From an uncultured Acidimicrobiales bacterium (GTDB lineage Bacteria > Actinomycetota > Acidimicrobiia > Acidimicrobiales > DATKAS01): a stretch of DNA of 64,000 bases. The first letter of the stretch is position 1; every line of letters begins with the position of its first letter. Shown one piece after another: positions 30,193 to 41,012 of this stretch. The notes below the pieces were generated by a model. The model was not told where the DNA came from. It was given only the letters and a program-made list of their open reading frames with translations, and did not search any database. The stretch covers positions 442,892 to 506,891 of the forward strand of contig CAWKBM010000001.1 of NCBI GenBank assembly GCA_963847855.1. Reading direction: 5' to 3'. The translations under genes were made by a program, and so were the position numbers.

Positions 30193-31766
30193 ATGACCAG
30201 TCCCGTGATCACACCGACCACGCCTCGACGGGCGTGGATCACTTCCGGCATCTCCCCGCTTGCGGCCGCCGCCGCGGCGATCGCGATCCTCGCGCTCGGT
30301 GGCGCGGCTCCGACCTTCCCGCGCAGATCTTCCGTGCCGACCTCGTGAAGCGGTACGGCTTCGTGCTGTGGAACATGCAGTGGTACGGAGGCCATCCGAC
30401 CCTCGACTACAGCGTCATCACGCCGCTGCTCGGCGCGCTGCTCGGCCCGATGGTGCTCTGCGCGATCAGTGGCTTGGTCTCCGCGATCCTGTTCGACCGC
30501 ATCGTGCGTCATCACTTCGGGTCCGCGTGGTGGATCGGGTCCCTGTGGTTCGCGCTCGGCACCGCGACGAACCTCATGGTCGGGCGGGTGCCGTTCGCCC
30601 TCGGCATCACGTTCGGCCTGGCGACCGTGCTCGCCATCCAGCATCACCTCCGGGGGCTCGCCGTCGTCGGGGCGATCGTCGCCTCGCTCGCGAGCCCCGT
30701 CGCCGGACTCTTCGTCGCGATCGTCGCGGCTGCGTGGGCATTGAGCAGTCGATCACGGCGCCTCCCGGGTGTGATGATCGCCGCGGCTGCGTGCCTGCCC
30801 ATCGCGATCGTCACGGTCTTGTTCCCCGACCCCGGTCCGTTCCCGTACCACGGGTGGGGGCTCGTGCGCGATCTGTCGGTCTGCGCACTCTTCGTCTTCG
30901 CTATGCGGGGTCCGTACAAGCCGATGCGCTGGGGTGCGGTCGTCTACGCGGCGGTCGTGATCATGGCGTTCCTCGTCCCCACCGCGCTGGGCGGCAACGT
31001 GAGCCGCCTCGGCCAGTACGTCGGCGCTCCGCTGATCGCGTGCGCGCTCTGGGCCGAGCGCCGCAGGGTGATCGTCGCGATGGTGCTGCCGATGATGTTG
31101 TGGCAGTGGGTTCCCGCGATGAGCGCCGTCGCTTGGGCGGGACGCGATCCGTCCACCGAGAAGGCGTACTACCAGCCGCTCGTCAGCTACCTCGAAGGCA
31201 TGCCGGGCGTGCCTGGTCGGGTCGAGATCCCCGTCACGTACCGACATTGGGAGAGCGCATACGTCGCGCCCGAGGTGCCGCTCGCTCGAGGGTGGGAACG
31301 CCAGCTCGACATCCAGCGCAACCCGATCTTCTACGACAACGACGGCACGGGCGCGCTCAGCGCGACGACCTACTACCACTGGCTCGTCGACAACGCGGTC
31401 GAGTACGTCGCGTTGCCGAACACCGCGCTCGATTCCTCGGCGACCGCCGAAGGCCAGCTCTTGCGATCTCAGCTTCCCTACCTCGAGAAGGTGTGGAGCA
31501 ACCCCGACTGGCAGCTGTGGCACTTCGACGGGTACCCGGGGATGATCGGCGGGTCGGCCACCGTGCTCGGGATGGACGCCGACGGCTTCCGGCTCATCGT
31601 GTACAAGTCGGGCGACATCCTCGTGCGCGTGCGGTCCTCGTCGCACTGGCAGGTGGACGGTCCAGGCTGCGCGAGCGAGGACCCTTCAGGGTGGACCCGA
31701 CTCGAGAACCTGCCGACCGGCTTGGTCGTTGTCAGTCAGGCGCTCTTCGCCCAAGCCTGTCCCTGA
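30193..31766 (+). CDS. Polytopic membrane protein of unknown function (frameshift near 30300)
   Basis: MTSPVIT...ILALG then RGSDLPAQIFRA, WYGGH; many TM segments; RVEIP...HWE...PLARGWERQLD. Confidence 0.7.
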
Positions 31767-31777
31767 CCCGGCGAGGC

Positions 31778-32965
31778 TCAGCACCCCCCGGCGTCGCGGA
31801 GCTCACCGATCTCGTCCCAGGAGTAGCCCAGCTCGAGGAGCACCTCCTCGGTGTGCTGGCCGAGCTCGGGCACAGTGCCGCCGACCTGCACTACGTCTGC
31901 GCTGAGTGCGATCGGGCTTCCGACCACGTGCACCTCGGCGCCGTCATCGTCCTCGATCACTCGGAGGTACCCGTTCTCCCAGACTCCCGGGTCAGCCGCG
32001 ACCTCCGCGAGGTCGCGCACCGGCGCGTACCGGATCTCCGCGTCGCGAAGGACCTCGCACCACCGGGCGGTCGTCGATCGCGCGAAGACCTCGGACAGGA
32101 TCCCGAAGAGCTCGGCCTTCTGCGCCTCGTCGAGGAGCGGCGACGCGAAGCGGGCGTCCGTGGTGAGGTCGGGGCGACCGATCGCGTCGTAGAAGATCGC
32201 ACGCTGCGGGCCGACGACTCCGACGATCGCGATCCAACCATCGGACGTGGGGAAGATGCCGTAGATGCCGGCGATCATCGGGTTGCCTCGGTTCGCCTTC
32301 CCGGGCACCACCCCGCCCAGCAGGTAATAGGTGTATTCGCTCGCCTGCGCCCAGATCTGGCTGCCGAGCAAGGACACGTCGACGCGCTGACCGCGGCCGG
32401 TGCGGCCGCGCGCTACCAACGCGGCCAGAACTCCCGCCACCAGGTTCTGGCTCGAGATGTGGTCGGCGATGGTCGCGGCAACGGGAGTGGGTTCGCCGCC
32501 GTCGACACCGGTGCCGCTGATCAGACCACCACTCGCCTGGGCGGACAGATCCGCGCCCGCACGCGACGCGTCAGGCCCGAGGGCGCCGAACGCCGAGCCC
32601 GCCGCGTACACGAGCTCCGGGTTGCGCTCGCTGAGCACGTCGTAGCCGAGCCCCCACCCGTCCATCGTGCCGGGTTGGAAGTTCGTGATGAGGACGTCCG
32701 CCGTCTCGATCAGGCGGATGAACGCGTCGCGGCCGGCGTGGTTGCGCAGGTCGAGCGTGACGCTGCGCTTGCCGCGGTTGCACGCCGTGAAGAACGCGCT
32801 GCGAAAGTCGCCAAAGGCGACGGGCAGCCAGCGAGCCTGATCGCCGATGTTCGGCAGCTCAACCTTGATGACCTCGGCGCCGAGCTGGCCGAGGAGCGCG
32901 GCCGCCTGCGGTCCCTGCACGAGCAGGCCGGCCTCGATGACCCGTACTCCCTGCAGTGCGGTCAT
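31778..32965 (-). CDS. CaiB/BaiF class III CoA-transferase
   Basis: GAEVIKVE, NRGKRSVTLDL, ADVLITNFQPG, PELGQHTEEVL. Confidence 0.9.
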   Translation of the reverse strand: MTALQGVRVIEAGLLVQGPQAAALLGQLGAEVIKVELPNIGDQARWLPVAFGDFRSAFFTACNRGKRSVTLDLRNHAGRDAFIRLIETADVLITNFQPGTMDGWGLGYDVLSERNPELVYAAGSAFGALGPDASRAGADLSAQASGGLISGTGVDGGEPTPVAATIADHISSQNLVAGVLAALVARGRTGRGQRVDVSLLGSQIWAQASEYTYYLLGGVVPGKANRGNPMIAGIYGIFPTSDGWIAIVGVVGPQRAIFYDAIGRPDLTTDARFASPLLDEAQKAELFGILSEVFARSTTARWCEVLRDAEIRYAPVRDLAEVAADPGVWENGYLRVIEDDDGAEVHVVGSPIALSADVVQVGGTVPELGQHTEEVLLELGYSWDEIGELRDAGGC

Positions 32966-33708
32966 CAGGATCGCGGCCGCAGCCGGACGCCCTGCATGCC
33001 GCCGTCGACGGCAAGCGCCATGCCGGTGGTGGCACTCGCGGTCGGCGACGCGAGGTACAAGATCGCGTCGGCGACCTCCTCCGCGGTCACGAGCCGGCCC
33101 GACGGCTGCCGAGCTTCGAGCGCAGCGCGCTCGGCGACGGGATCGGGAGCGCGATCGAGCAGCCGGCCGATCCACGGCGTGTCGGCGGTGCCGGGATTGA
33201 CGCAGTTCACTCGCACACCCTCACGAAGGTGATCCGCAGCCATCGCGAACGTCAGCGACATCACTGCGCCCTTCGTCGCGCTGTACAACGCTCGCTCGGG
33301 AAGGCCCGCAGTCGCGCAGATCGAACACGTGTTGACGATCGCTCCATGCGGCGACTCGCGCAGATGCGGCAGCGCGGCCCTGGACACACGCACGATGCCG
33401 AACACATTGACGTCGAAGACGCGTTGCCACTCCTCGATCGGGTTGCCCTCGACCGTGCCTTGTGCGCCGATGCCCGCGTTGTTCACGACGACGTCGAGCC
33501 CGCCCATCGCCTCCACTGCCTCGGCGACAGCGCGCACGACCGACTCGTCGTCGGTCACATCGACCTTGTGCTGCAGCGCTCCCTCTGGCGCGCCCGTGGG
33601 ATCGACATCGAACACGGCGACCTGAGCCCCCCGTGCCATGGCTTCGGCAGCAACCGCGTACCCGATCCCCGACCCGCCGCCGGTGACGATCATCCGAACG
33701 TTGTTCAT
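32965..33708 (-). CDS. SDR oxidoreductase (2-keto-3-deoxy-sugar-acid dehydrogenase-like)
   Basis: TGGGSGIG, NNAG, YSATK, NPGTADTPW. Confidence 0.85.
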   Translation of the reverse strand: MNNVRMIVTGGGSGIGYAVAAEAMARGAQVAVFDVDPTGAPEGALQHKVDVTDDESVVRAVAEAVEAMGGLDVVVNNAGIGAQGTVEGNPIEEWQRVFDVNVFGIVRVSRAALPHLRESPHGAIVNTCSICATAGLPERALYSATKGAVMSLTFAMAADHLREGVRVNCVNPGTADTPWIGRLLDRAPDPVAERAALEARQPSGRLVTAEEVADAILYLASPTASATTGMALAVDGGMQGVRLRPRS

Positions 33709-34976
33709 CCAGCCTCCAAGTACGGGATCGTCTGCGGGCCCTCCGGAAGGACGCACAGCGTGGCACCCGCGCCGACCTGACGCAGGGCTTCCTCCACGGA
33801 GGCGGTGACATCGTCGGTGTACGCGAGGTGCGCGCCGGCCAGATCGGCCTTGCTCAACGTCGCCGTGTGCATCACCACCCGCGCTCGCTGCTGCACGCGT
33901 GCCTGCACCTGCACCTGCCACTGGTCGGGCATCGTCGTGTCCCGCGCCTCGATCTCGCGCAAGAGGGCAGCGGGCGACGGCTGCGAGGCGAGCACGTCGC
34001 GGTACGAGCCGTGGTTCGGGAAGCCATCCCTGCACTCGGCCGCGCAGATCAGGGTTCCTCCGGGCTTGATGACCGCTGCGCCCGCGGACATCCCCTTCAC
34101 CGCTTGGTAGAGGTTCTGGTCGAGGGGGAAGCCAGAGTTCGTCGTGACCACGACATCGAACTCGTGCTCGACCGGCGCCATCGCGAGGAGCTTCGCCGAC
34201 CGACAGGCTGCGGCATGGGCCGGAAGCAGGTCGCCCGAGAAGACCTCGACAATGCGCTGCTCACGGTCGAGGAGGACGTCGAGCATGAAGTCCACTCCGG
34301 TCGCGTCGGCGATCGCTCGGACCGCGTCGTGCACCGGGTTGCCGACGGTGATCCCCCACCTCGCGTTCGGGTCGCCGATCCGCCAGGCGTTGTGGAGCAC
34401 GAGCGTCGTCTCCAGGCCGGCGAGGCCGGGGGCGTTGAGCTTCGGGCCGCCGCTGAAGCCGGCGAAGAAGTGGGGCTCGACGAAGCCCGTCGTGATGCGG
34501 ACATCCGCATCGACCCACTCCTTGCTCAGCCAGACCGGAACGTCGAGCACCTGACCGCACCAGCGCAGCATCGAGTCGTCGCGCGCGTCGTGGTTCACGA
34601 CCCGCACACGCGCGACGATGTCGGCACCGAGCATCGCGACGATCTCCTCGGCGGTGTTCGCACGGTGGGTGCCGGTCGCAACGAGCACGACGATGTCTTC
34701 GGGATGGATGATGCCGTCGAGCTCGTCGAGCACCGCGGGGATCATCACGTGCCGGGGCTGCGGCCTCGTGCCGTCGCACATCGAGATCGCCACGGTCTGT
34801 CCAGGCTTCACTCGCTCCTGGAGCGGGGCGCCGACGGTCGGGCGGCGCAGCGCCGCGAGCACCGCTGCCCGTTCGTCCGCGACCGCGTGCATCTGCCTCG
34901 GGGTGACGACGACGGTGCGATCAGCGGGCACGTCGATGTCCATGCCGGTCTCGCCGTACGCGAGGCGCACCTTCAT
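33705..34976 (-). CDS. larA: LarA-family nickel-pincer racemase/epimerase
   Basis: DGTRP, ATGTHR, NHDA, EPHFFAGFSGGPK, NLYQAVKG. Confidence 0.85.
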   Translation of the reverse strand: MKVRLAYGETGMDIDVPADRTVVVTPRQMHAVADERAAVLAALRRPTVGAPLQERVKPGQTVAISMCDGTRPQPRHVMIPAVLDELDGIIHPEDIVVLVATGTHRANTAEEIVAMLGADIVARVRVVNHDARDDSMLRWCGQVLDVPVWLSKEWVDADVRITTGFVEPHFFAGFSGGPKLNAPGLAGLETTLVLHNAWRIGDPNARWGITVGNPVHDAVRAIADATGVDFMLDVLLDREQRIVEVFSGDLLPAHAAACRSAKLLAMAPVEHEFDVVVTTNSGFPLDQNLYQAVKGMSAGAAVIKPGGTLICAAECRDGFPNHGSYRDVLASQPSPAALLREIEARDTTMPDQWQVQVQARVQQRARVVMHTATLSKADLAGAHLAYTDDVTASVEEALRQVGAGATLCVLPEGPQTIPYLEAG

Positions 34977-35842
34977 GGGTCGCGGTGGCTCAGGCGGTAC
35001 ACCCGAGTCGCGTTGCCACCGAAGACCGCGGCGTGCTCGGCCTCCGACAGATCCGCAGTCAGCTGCTCGGCCACGTCGACCACCGTGTCATACGAGGCCG
35101 CGAGCGTGCACACGGGCCAGTCCGTGCCGAACAGCAGGCGCTCGGGCCCGAGCACGGCGAGCACGTGGTCGAAGTACGGACGCAGGTCGTCGATCGTCCA
35201 GTGCTCCCAGTCGGCCTGGGTGACCACGCCGGAGACCTTGCAGGTGACGTGCTCGTGCGCACGGAGCGCAGCCAACGCCGAGGCCCAAGGCTCCCACTGG
35301 TGTTCCCCGATCTCCGGCTTCGCGAGGTGGTCGACGACGAAACGGCCCTCCGGCACGAGCGCGACGGCTTCGACAGCCGCGTCGATCTGCGACGGGAGGA
35401 TCAACAGGTCATAGGCGAGGCCGCGCTCAGCGACGGCACGCAACCCCGCGACGACCTCGTCGCGTACCAGCCAGCGCGGGTCGAGCTCGTCTTGCACCGG
35501 GCTGCGAATCCCCACGAGACGGTCACCGCCCGGAAGCGAACGCAGTCGGTCGATCTGCTCGCCCACGTCGGGCGCGACGAGGTCGACGAACCCGACGACG
35601 CCGCTGATGATCGGCTCGCGTTCGGCGAGTGCGAGCAGCTCTTCGGTCTCGGCAACGAGCGACGCGGCCTCGACGACGACGGAGTGATCGATGTGCGCCG
35701 CCGAGACCACCTCGGCGAGATCATCGACACCGAAGCTGCGATCGATCGCCGCCATGTCGACCGGATCGATCCATGGCAGCGGCCGCGTCGTCAGGTCCCA
35801 CAGGTGATGGTGCGCGTCGACCTGCTCCACGAGTCCGATCAT
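34973..35842 (-). CDS. Amidohydrolase-2 family lactonase (L-fuconolactonase-like)
   Basis: DAHHHLWD, DHLAKP, CKVSG, FGTDWPV. Confidence 0.85.
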   Translation of the reverse strand: MIGLVEQVDAHHHLWDLTTRPLPWIDPVDMAAIDRSFGVDDLAEVVSAAHIDHSVVVEAASLVAETEELLALAEREPIISGVVGFVDLVAPDVGEQIDRLRSLPGGDRLVGIRSPVQDELDPRWLVRDEVVAGLRAVAERGLAYDLLILPSQIDAAVEAVALVPEGRFVVDHLAKPEIGEHQWEPWASALAALRAHEHVTCKVSGVVTQADWEHWTIDDLRPYFDHVLAVLGPERLLFGTDWPVCTLAASYDTVVDVAEQLTADLSEAEHAAVFGGNATRVYRLSHRDP

Positions 35843-35881
35843 TGCCGCGGTCTCGCTGGTCAGGACCAATAAGTTGCGCTC

Positions 35882-36307
35882 ATGAGCACATCTTCCGAAC
35901 CGCAGGAGATCACGGCCTGGGTGGGGTGGATCTGGTTCGCCGCATGGCTCGTGGGCCTTGCGGGCGTGTTCCAGATCATCGCCGGCCTGGTCGCGATCAC
36001 CCGGGGCGACAAGTACTTCGGGCCCACCACGCAAGTCGCGGTCGACATGGGCTACGCGGCGTGGGGGTGGATCCACATCTTCCTCGGGATCTTCCTCATC
36101 GTCGCCGGGTTCTCCCTCGCGAAGGGTCACATCTACGGCCGGATCATCGCGGTGCTGGCCGCGACCGCGAGCGCGATCAGCCAGGTCATGTTCCTCGGCG
36201 GTCCGAACTCGCTGTGGGCCATCCTGGTGATCGTGATGGACCTCTTCGTCATCTGGGCCGTGATGGTGCACGGCCGAGAGCTCAAGCGCGAGTACCCGGC
36301 GCTTTAG
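35882..36307 (+). CDS. Small 4-TM actinobacterial membrane protein (DUF7144-like)
   Basis: GWIWFAA...GVFQII.GLVAI, WGWIH, VIWAV. Confidence 0.75.
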   Translation: MSTSSEPQEITAWVGWIWFAAWLVGLAGVFQIIAGLVAITRGDKYFGPTTQVAVDMGYAAWGWIHIFLGIFLIVAGFSLAKGHIYGRIIAVLAATASAISQVMFLGGPNSLWAILVIVMDLFVIWAVMVHGRELKREYPAL

Positions 36308-36831
36308 GGCTGCCAGCCTTCCGGCGGACCGATCGTCGACGCGTCCGACCCGAGCGCTCTCTTGTAGCGCTCGAACCGCTCCATCCAGCCCTCGCCCCAC
36401 TTCGGCAGCGCGGCGCCGTCGACATCGGCACCGAGTCGTTCGAGGCACTCGTGCCAGCCCGCGCCATCGCGGGCCGCTTTGCCGAGCTCGGCGAACGTGT
36501 CGGTCAAGGTCAGCCGCGTGCCGTCGTCGTCGGGCCTCACGTCGATGCGCAGCCGATCGGTGCCCCAGGAGAACTCGACCGTCGTCGGCGGATCGAAGAC
36601 CAACACCTCGCCGCCGAAGCCGTCTCCGCCGGGAGTGCCGAACCGCAGCTTCTCGCCGACGCGCCACTCACCGGTGATGCCGTCGGGGAACCACGACGCG
36701 AGATGTTCGGGTTCGGTGACCGCGCGCCACACCTTCTCGGGCGGATGCTTCAGCCGGCGCGTGAACGTGAGCGTCCAATCGTCGCCCGCGGGCGCCAGCA
36801 CACCGAGCTCGTCGAAGTCGTGCATCGTCAT
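36304..36831 (-). CDS. SRPBCC/AHSA1 family protein
   Basis: FTRRLKHPPEKVWRAVTEPEHLASWFP, GAGWHECL; ATGA-coupled to the ArsR gene. Confidence 0.85.
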   Translation of the reverse strand: MTMHDFDELGVLAPAGDDWTLTFTRRLKHPPEKVWRAVTEPEHLASWFPDGITGEWRVGEKLRFGTPGGDGFGGEVLVFDPPTTVEFSWGTDRLRIDVRPDDDGTRLTLTDTFAELGKAARDGAGWHECLERLGADVDGAALPKWGEGWMERFERYKRALGSDASTIGPPEGWQP

Positions 36832-37127
36832 TCCTCCATCTGGTCGAGATGTCGCTCGAGGGCGTCGAGGCGCTTGCTCCACGCGACGCGGTAAGGAGTG
36901 AGCCACTCGTCGATCTCGCGTAGCGGCTCGGCGCGCAACGTGTAGACGCGGCGCTGCGCATCGACCCGCACTTCCACGAGCCCGGCGTCGCGCAGCACAC
37001 GCAGGTGCTTCGAGACGTTGGGCTGGCTGACGCCCAGTGCGGCCACGAGCTCGGTGACCGACCGCTCCTCGTCGCGCAACAGGTCGAGGATCTGCCGGCG
37101 ATGTGGCTCTGCCAGCACGTCGAACAC
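36828..37127 (-). CDS. ArsR/SmtB family regulator
   Basis: LAEPHRRQILDLL, VSQPNVSKHLRVL. Confidence 0.9.
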   Translation of the reverse strand: MFDVLAEPHRRQILDLLRDEERSVTELVAALGVSQPNVSKHLRVLRDAGLVEVRVDAQRRVYTLRAEPLREIDEWLTPYRVAWSKRLDALERHLDQMEE

Positions 37128-37201
37128 CGACTGAGCATGCGTCTTCAGTTATATGCCTGTCAAGGCATTGATTATCCTGATCGGGCCGTTGTACGGGCAA
37201 A

Positions 37202-37274
37202 GCCCTCGTAGCTCAGGGGATAGAGCGTCGGTTTCCTAAACCGTGCGTCGCAGGTTCGAATCCTGCCGAGGGCG
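37202..37274 (+). tRNA. tRNA-Arg (anticodon CCT), CCA not encoded
   Basis: GCCCTCG/CGAGGGC acceptor stem, TAGCTCAG D-arm, anticodon loop TTCCTAA, GGTTCGAATCC T-arm. Confidence 0.95.
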
Positions 37275-37714
37275 CTCAGTCCACGACGATGCGATCGGGG
37301 CCGCCAGCGAGGTCCTCCGCGAGGCCTCCCGGTGGCCGATGCGCGACATTCGCAGCGACCGTTGGAGCCGCTGCCGGGTCGCGTCGTGCGGCGACGCCGA
37401 CGTCGGATTCCCACCGGCCGCGGGCGTGGGTGCTCCAACGCGAGAGGGACGGTGGTCGCGTTCGACAGACGACAGCTCATCCTCGACAAGCTCGCGCCGC
37501 TACCCCGCCGAACGGGCGCTCGCCCAGACGCCGGCAGCGTCCATCGGCCCGTCTGACAACACGGCAAGCACCACGATGCACGAACGACAGCGCACGGACG
37601 ACGTCGCGACATGTTCGAGCGCTCTGCCCGCTGGCCGATCGAGTCGCCCGGTGTGCTCCGGCACTGGACCCGGTTCCCGCCAGCGTTTGATCTGCAGTCC
37701 CAGGTGTTGTGCCG

Positions 37715-38625
37715 TCACTGCCGGGTGATGGCGTCCTCCTCCAGCTCGGCGCAGCGCGCCTCGTCGACCGGATGCCCGGCGCTACGGAAGGCTCGGGCCG
37801 CGGCAGCAAATCGCCGGCGCGCCTGTTCCGTGTCCCGAGTCGCCAGGGCGAGGTGGCCGTGCACCTCCTCTACTGCTGCGTGCCAGGCTGGGAGTTGCAT
37901 CACGACCTCCGCCAGGACGTCCGCTGCCTTCGCGTACTGCGCGGCGCGATCGAGGTCACCGGCCTTGGCCGCGGCGATGGCCGCCGGAACGGCGAAGGTT
38001 ATTCGACAGCCAGGGCACGTCTCGACGGTGCCTCTGATCGCTTCCTCGGCGCCTTCCACGACCCGAAGGGCCTCGCGGGGGTCGGTGGCGGCGGTGACTG
38101 AAGTGCCGTAGATGCGGTCGAGGAGGTGGAACTCGACGCCGGACTGGCGAGCCACCTCCAGCGCCTGGTCGAGAAGATCCGCGGCGTCTCGTCGGCGGCC
38201 CTGTTGCACGGCGACCTCGCCTCGCCGCTGCAGAGCGTGAGCCTCCCCCGTGGATCCGCCCAGCGTTCGGTGAAGTCGGCTGGCCTCTGCGAGATCCCGG
38301 TCGGCAGCCTCGAGATCGCCCGAGAGCAGTTCGGCCTCACCTCGCAGTGTCCGGGCGAAGGCGCGGCCGCGGGCGGCCCCCAGCCGCTCGGCCTCGGCGC
38401 CCAGCGCATCGGCGAACGCGATCACTTCGGGGTATGGGGCCGAGCCGTAGAGGAGCCGCTGGGTGACGCACAGCTGGCCGTCGAACACGGCGATGGCCAG
38501 CTCTGGCAAGTCCGCCGTCTCTCGTACGTCGGCGCGGAGGCTCTCGCGGAGCTCTCCCCGGGCGTGGGCTGCCAACGCCTGAGCCCAGGCCGCGGCCACG
38601 ACCGCCGCCGGGTCGCCCAGCTGCC
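37715..38625 (-). pseudogene. C-terminal TPR-like fragment of a regulator (5' end lost)
   Basis: Helical repeat sequence with CPGC; no proper N-terminus; abuts the truncated rhodanese. Confidence 0.55.
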
Positions 38626-38814
38626 GGCGTGGAACTCGAGCATCCCCCGAGGAGCCAGCACCGCGCCAGGGATGATGCCCTTGGCGGTCTCCGTCGGTTC
38701 GCGCACGTCCACCAGAAGCACACCGCCGCGGCCGACCTCGTCGGCCACCTCGCCAGGGCCGAGGTTCTCGATCCCAGCCTTCGCGGTAGCGATCAACTCA
38801 CTCACGGTCGTCAT
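38626..38814 (-). pseudogene. Truncated rhodanese-like protein
   Basis: LVDVREPTE...IIPGAVLAPRGMLEFHA, then similarity stops before the catalytic Cys loop. Confidence 0.7.
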
Positions 38815-38848
38815 CGCGGTCTCCTCTCGTTCGAAGCGGGTGACGGAG

Positions 38849-38883
38849 AGCATGCAGGACGACCGGTTCCCGAATCGTTCCCG
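38849..38883 (-). promoter_or_regulatory. Putative SARP-type promoter: GTTCCCG x2 at 11-bp spacing plus CATGCT -10
   Basis: Repeats at 38866 and 38877; AGCATG at 38849-38854. Confidence 0.5.
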
Positions 38884-38930
38884 GCCCGCTGCGCGAACGC
38901 GGCGCAGATCTCCCCACGCTGCTCCTCACG

Positions 38931-40140
38931 TCAGCTTGCGTGGACCCCGGCCAGCAGCGTCTCGATGTGGTCCGGCGCGAAGAAGTCGGTGGGCGACAGG
39001 GTGCCGGCGACGAGGCTGGCGAAATGGTTCATGGCGGTGCGGTTGCCTGCGATGGCACCGAGGAGGTGTTGCAGCTCGGGTGGCGGAGGTTCGAGGGTGG
39101 CGAGCTGGCAGGTGAAGTCGTACATGCCTTGCACACGTCCGTTCGCGTTGCTGCTGATAGTCGGCCATGGCGTCCTCGAACGGCCGGTCGCTTGCGAGGC
39201 TGGTGTGGAGGGCGGTGGTGCACCGTTCGGCGTCGAGGAAGGCGTCGGTGATGCCTTGGGCGGTGACCGGGTCGCGCAGGTAGCCGGCGTCTCCGACGAG
39301 CGCCCAGCCGGGCCCGTAGGGAACGCGGAAGTGGTTCGGGACGCCGCCGCCGACGATGCGTTCCTGGCGACGGGCGCCGCCGAGGCGTTCGCCGAACCCG
39401 GCTTCGAGGGCCCGTTGGTAGCTGGCTTCGATGTCGCGCTTGACCTCGCGGAGGGCGGCGTGGGGCCAGGCGGCGAGCAGCATCGTGAGCCCGTCGTTGG
39501 TGGGGAACGCGCCGTAGCCGTTTCCCGGACGCACGAGCCACTCGGCCGCATCGACGGGGAAGTCGCTCCAGTAGGAGTAGTAGCCGACCGACAGCGTGGG
39601 CTTCTCCTGGTAGCGGCGGGCGGCGACGGCGGCGGCGACGCGTGAGTGGGCGCCGTCGGCGCCGATGACGATCCGTGCGCGCTCCTCGACGGCGGCACCG
39701 GAGGGTGTTGCGCCGCGGATGCCGGTCACGGTGTCGTGGTCGAAGACGGGCTGGTCGAAGGTGAACCCTTCTCGGACCTCGGCGCCAGCCTCGCTGGCCG
39801 CGTCGACGAGCAGCGCGTCGAGCACGGTGCGCCGCGGGCAGTAGGCGACGGCGGGCTCGCCGTCGGGGCTGGGTGTGCCGGCGAGGCGGACCGGGCCGAA
39901 GTCGAACGAATACGTGCTCACGGGCGGGCAGCCGGTGGCGACCAGTCGGTCGAGCAGACCCCACCGCTCGAGGGCGACGACGCCGGGCGGGTGGACAAGG
40001 TGGGTCGACACGGTGTCGGAGGGAAAGTGGGCCCGGTCGACGAGGAGCACGTCGTAGCCGTGTCGGGCCAACAGCATGGCGGTGGGTGCACCGGCGCAGC
40101 GGGCGCCGACCACGATGGCGTCGTAGACGTGCTCGCTCAT
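38931..40140 (-). CDS. FAD-dependent oxidoreductase/monooxygenase (frameshift near 39135)
   Basis: VVGARCAG, FPSDTVSTH, IGADG, GWALVGDAGYLRDPVTAQGITDA. Confidence 0.85.
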
Positions 40141-40989
40141 GGCTTCTGCGGGGCCTTGTTGCCGAGCACGACGAGATAGTCGAGCGAAGTGCGGTGGTCG
40201 TGGAGGGGGACGAGTGCGTCGCGCAGCTCGGGCCAGCGGCCATCGGCTTCCGCGCTGGGCCCGGGCCTGGATCAACGGGCCGAAGCGGGCAGCGTGCCAT
40301 TCGACGTCGTCGAGTCCCGACGGGAACGGCTCGTGCTCCAACGTGGTCCGCTCGAACTGGACGTCGACGCCGGTAGCGGCGAACAGGCTGCGGACGTGGT
40401 CTTCGTCGCCCCAGAGCAGTGGCGGCTCCGCGCCGGGCGGGGGTGCCGGTAGGTAGGCGGCGACCGTCTTCATGATGCGACCCATGGTTCCGTCCGGCGG
40501 CCAGACGCACAGCCCGAGGCGTCCTCCGGGCCGCAGGACGCGGGCGATCTCGTGAGCGACGACGCGGTGCCGGGGCGCGAGCTCGCACGCGAAGGTCGAC
40601 ACGACGACATCCACGCTGGCGTCGTCCAACGGGAGGGCTTCGGCGTCGCCTTCTCGCCAGTCGACCTCGACGCCCGAGCGGGCGGCGACCTGCCGGGCCA
40701 CCGCCAGCAGCTCCGGCGTCAGGTCGACGCCGATCGTGCGCGCTCCGGCGAGCGCGGCGCGGATCGCGGCGTTGCCGGTGCCGCAGCCGACGTCGAGCAC
40801 CACCTCAGTGGGGCGCACGCCGAGCCGCTTGATGATGCGCTCACCGACGGGCCAGAGCTCGCGTTCGGCGATCGCCGGGTAGTCGCCCAGCGCCCAGGTG
40901 CGCCGGGCCGCTTCCTTCAACGGGTCGCCCGCGGGGCGGGCACCGGGGCGTTCATCGGCGCGGGCGGGTGTGGCTCCGGTTGTCGTCAT
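40137..40989 (-). CDS. Class I SAM-dependent methyltransferase (frameshift near 40258)
   Basis: WALGDY, LDVGCGTG, GDAEALP, RVLRPGG; corrected end ...DYLVVLGNKAPQKP* overlaps the next ATG. Confidence 0.85.
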
Positions 40990-41012
40990 GGGTGCTCCCT
41001 TCGGTCACCCGC

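Noticed and set aside
30260-33232. 990-aa ORF and other long Arg/Pro-rich ORFs
   Set aside because: Off-frame or antisense shadows of motif-bearing genes
37279-37714. Integrase remnant or small CDS next to the tRNA
   Set aside because: No recognisable recombinase motif or convincing ORF in any frame
38926-40989. 687-aa methyltransferase-flavoprotein fusion
   Set aside because: One indel near 40258 restores a normal methyltransferase end whose TGA overlaps the flavoprotein ATG (40137-40140)
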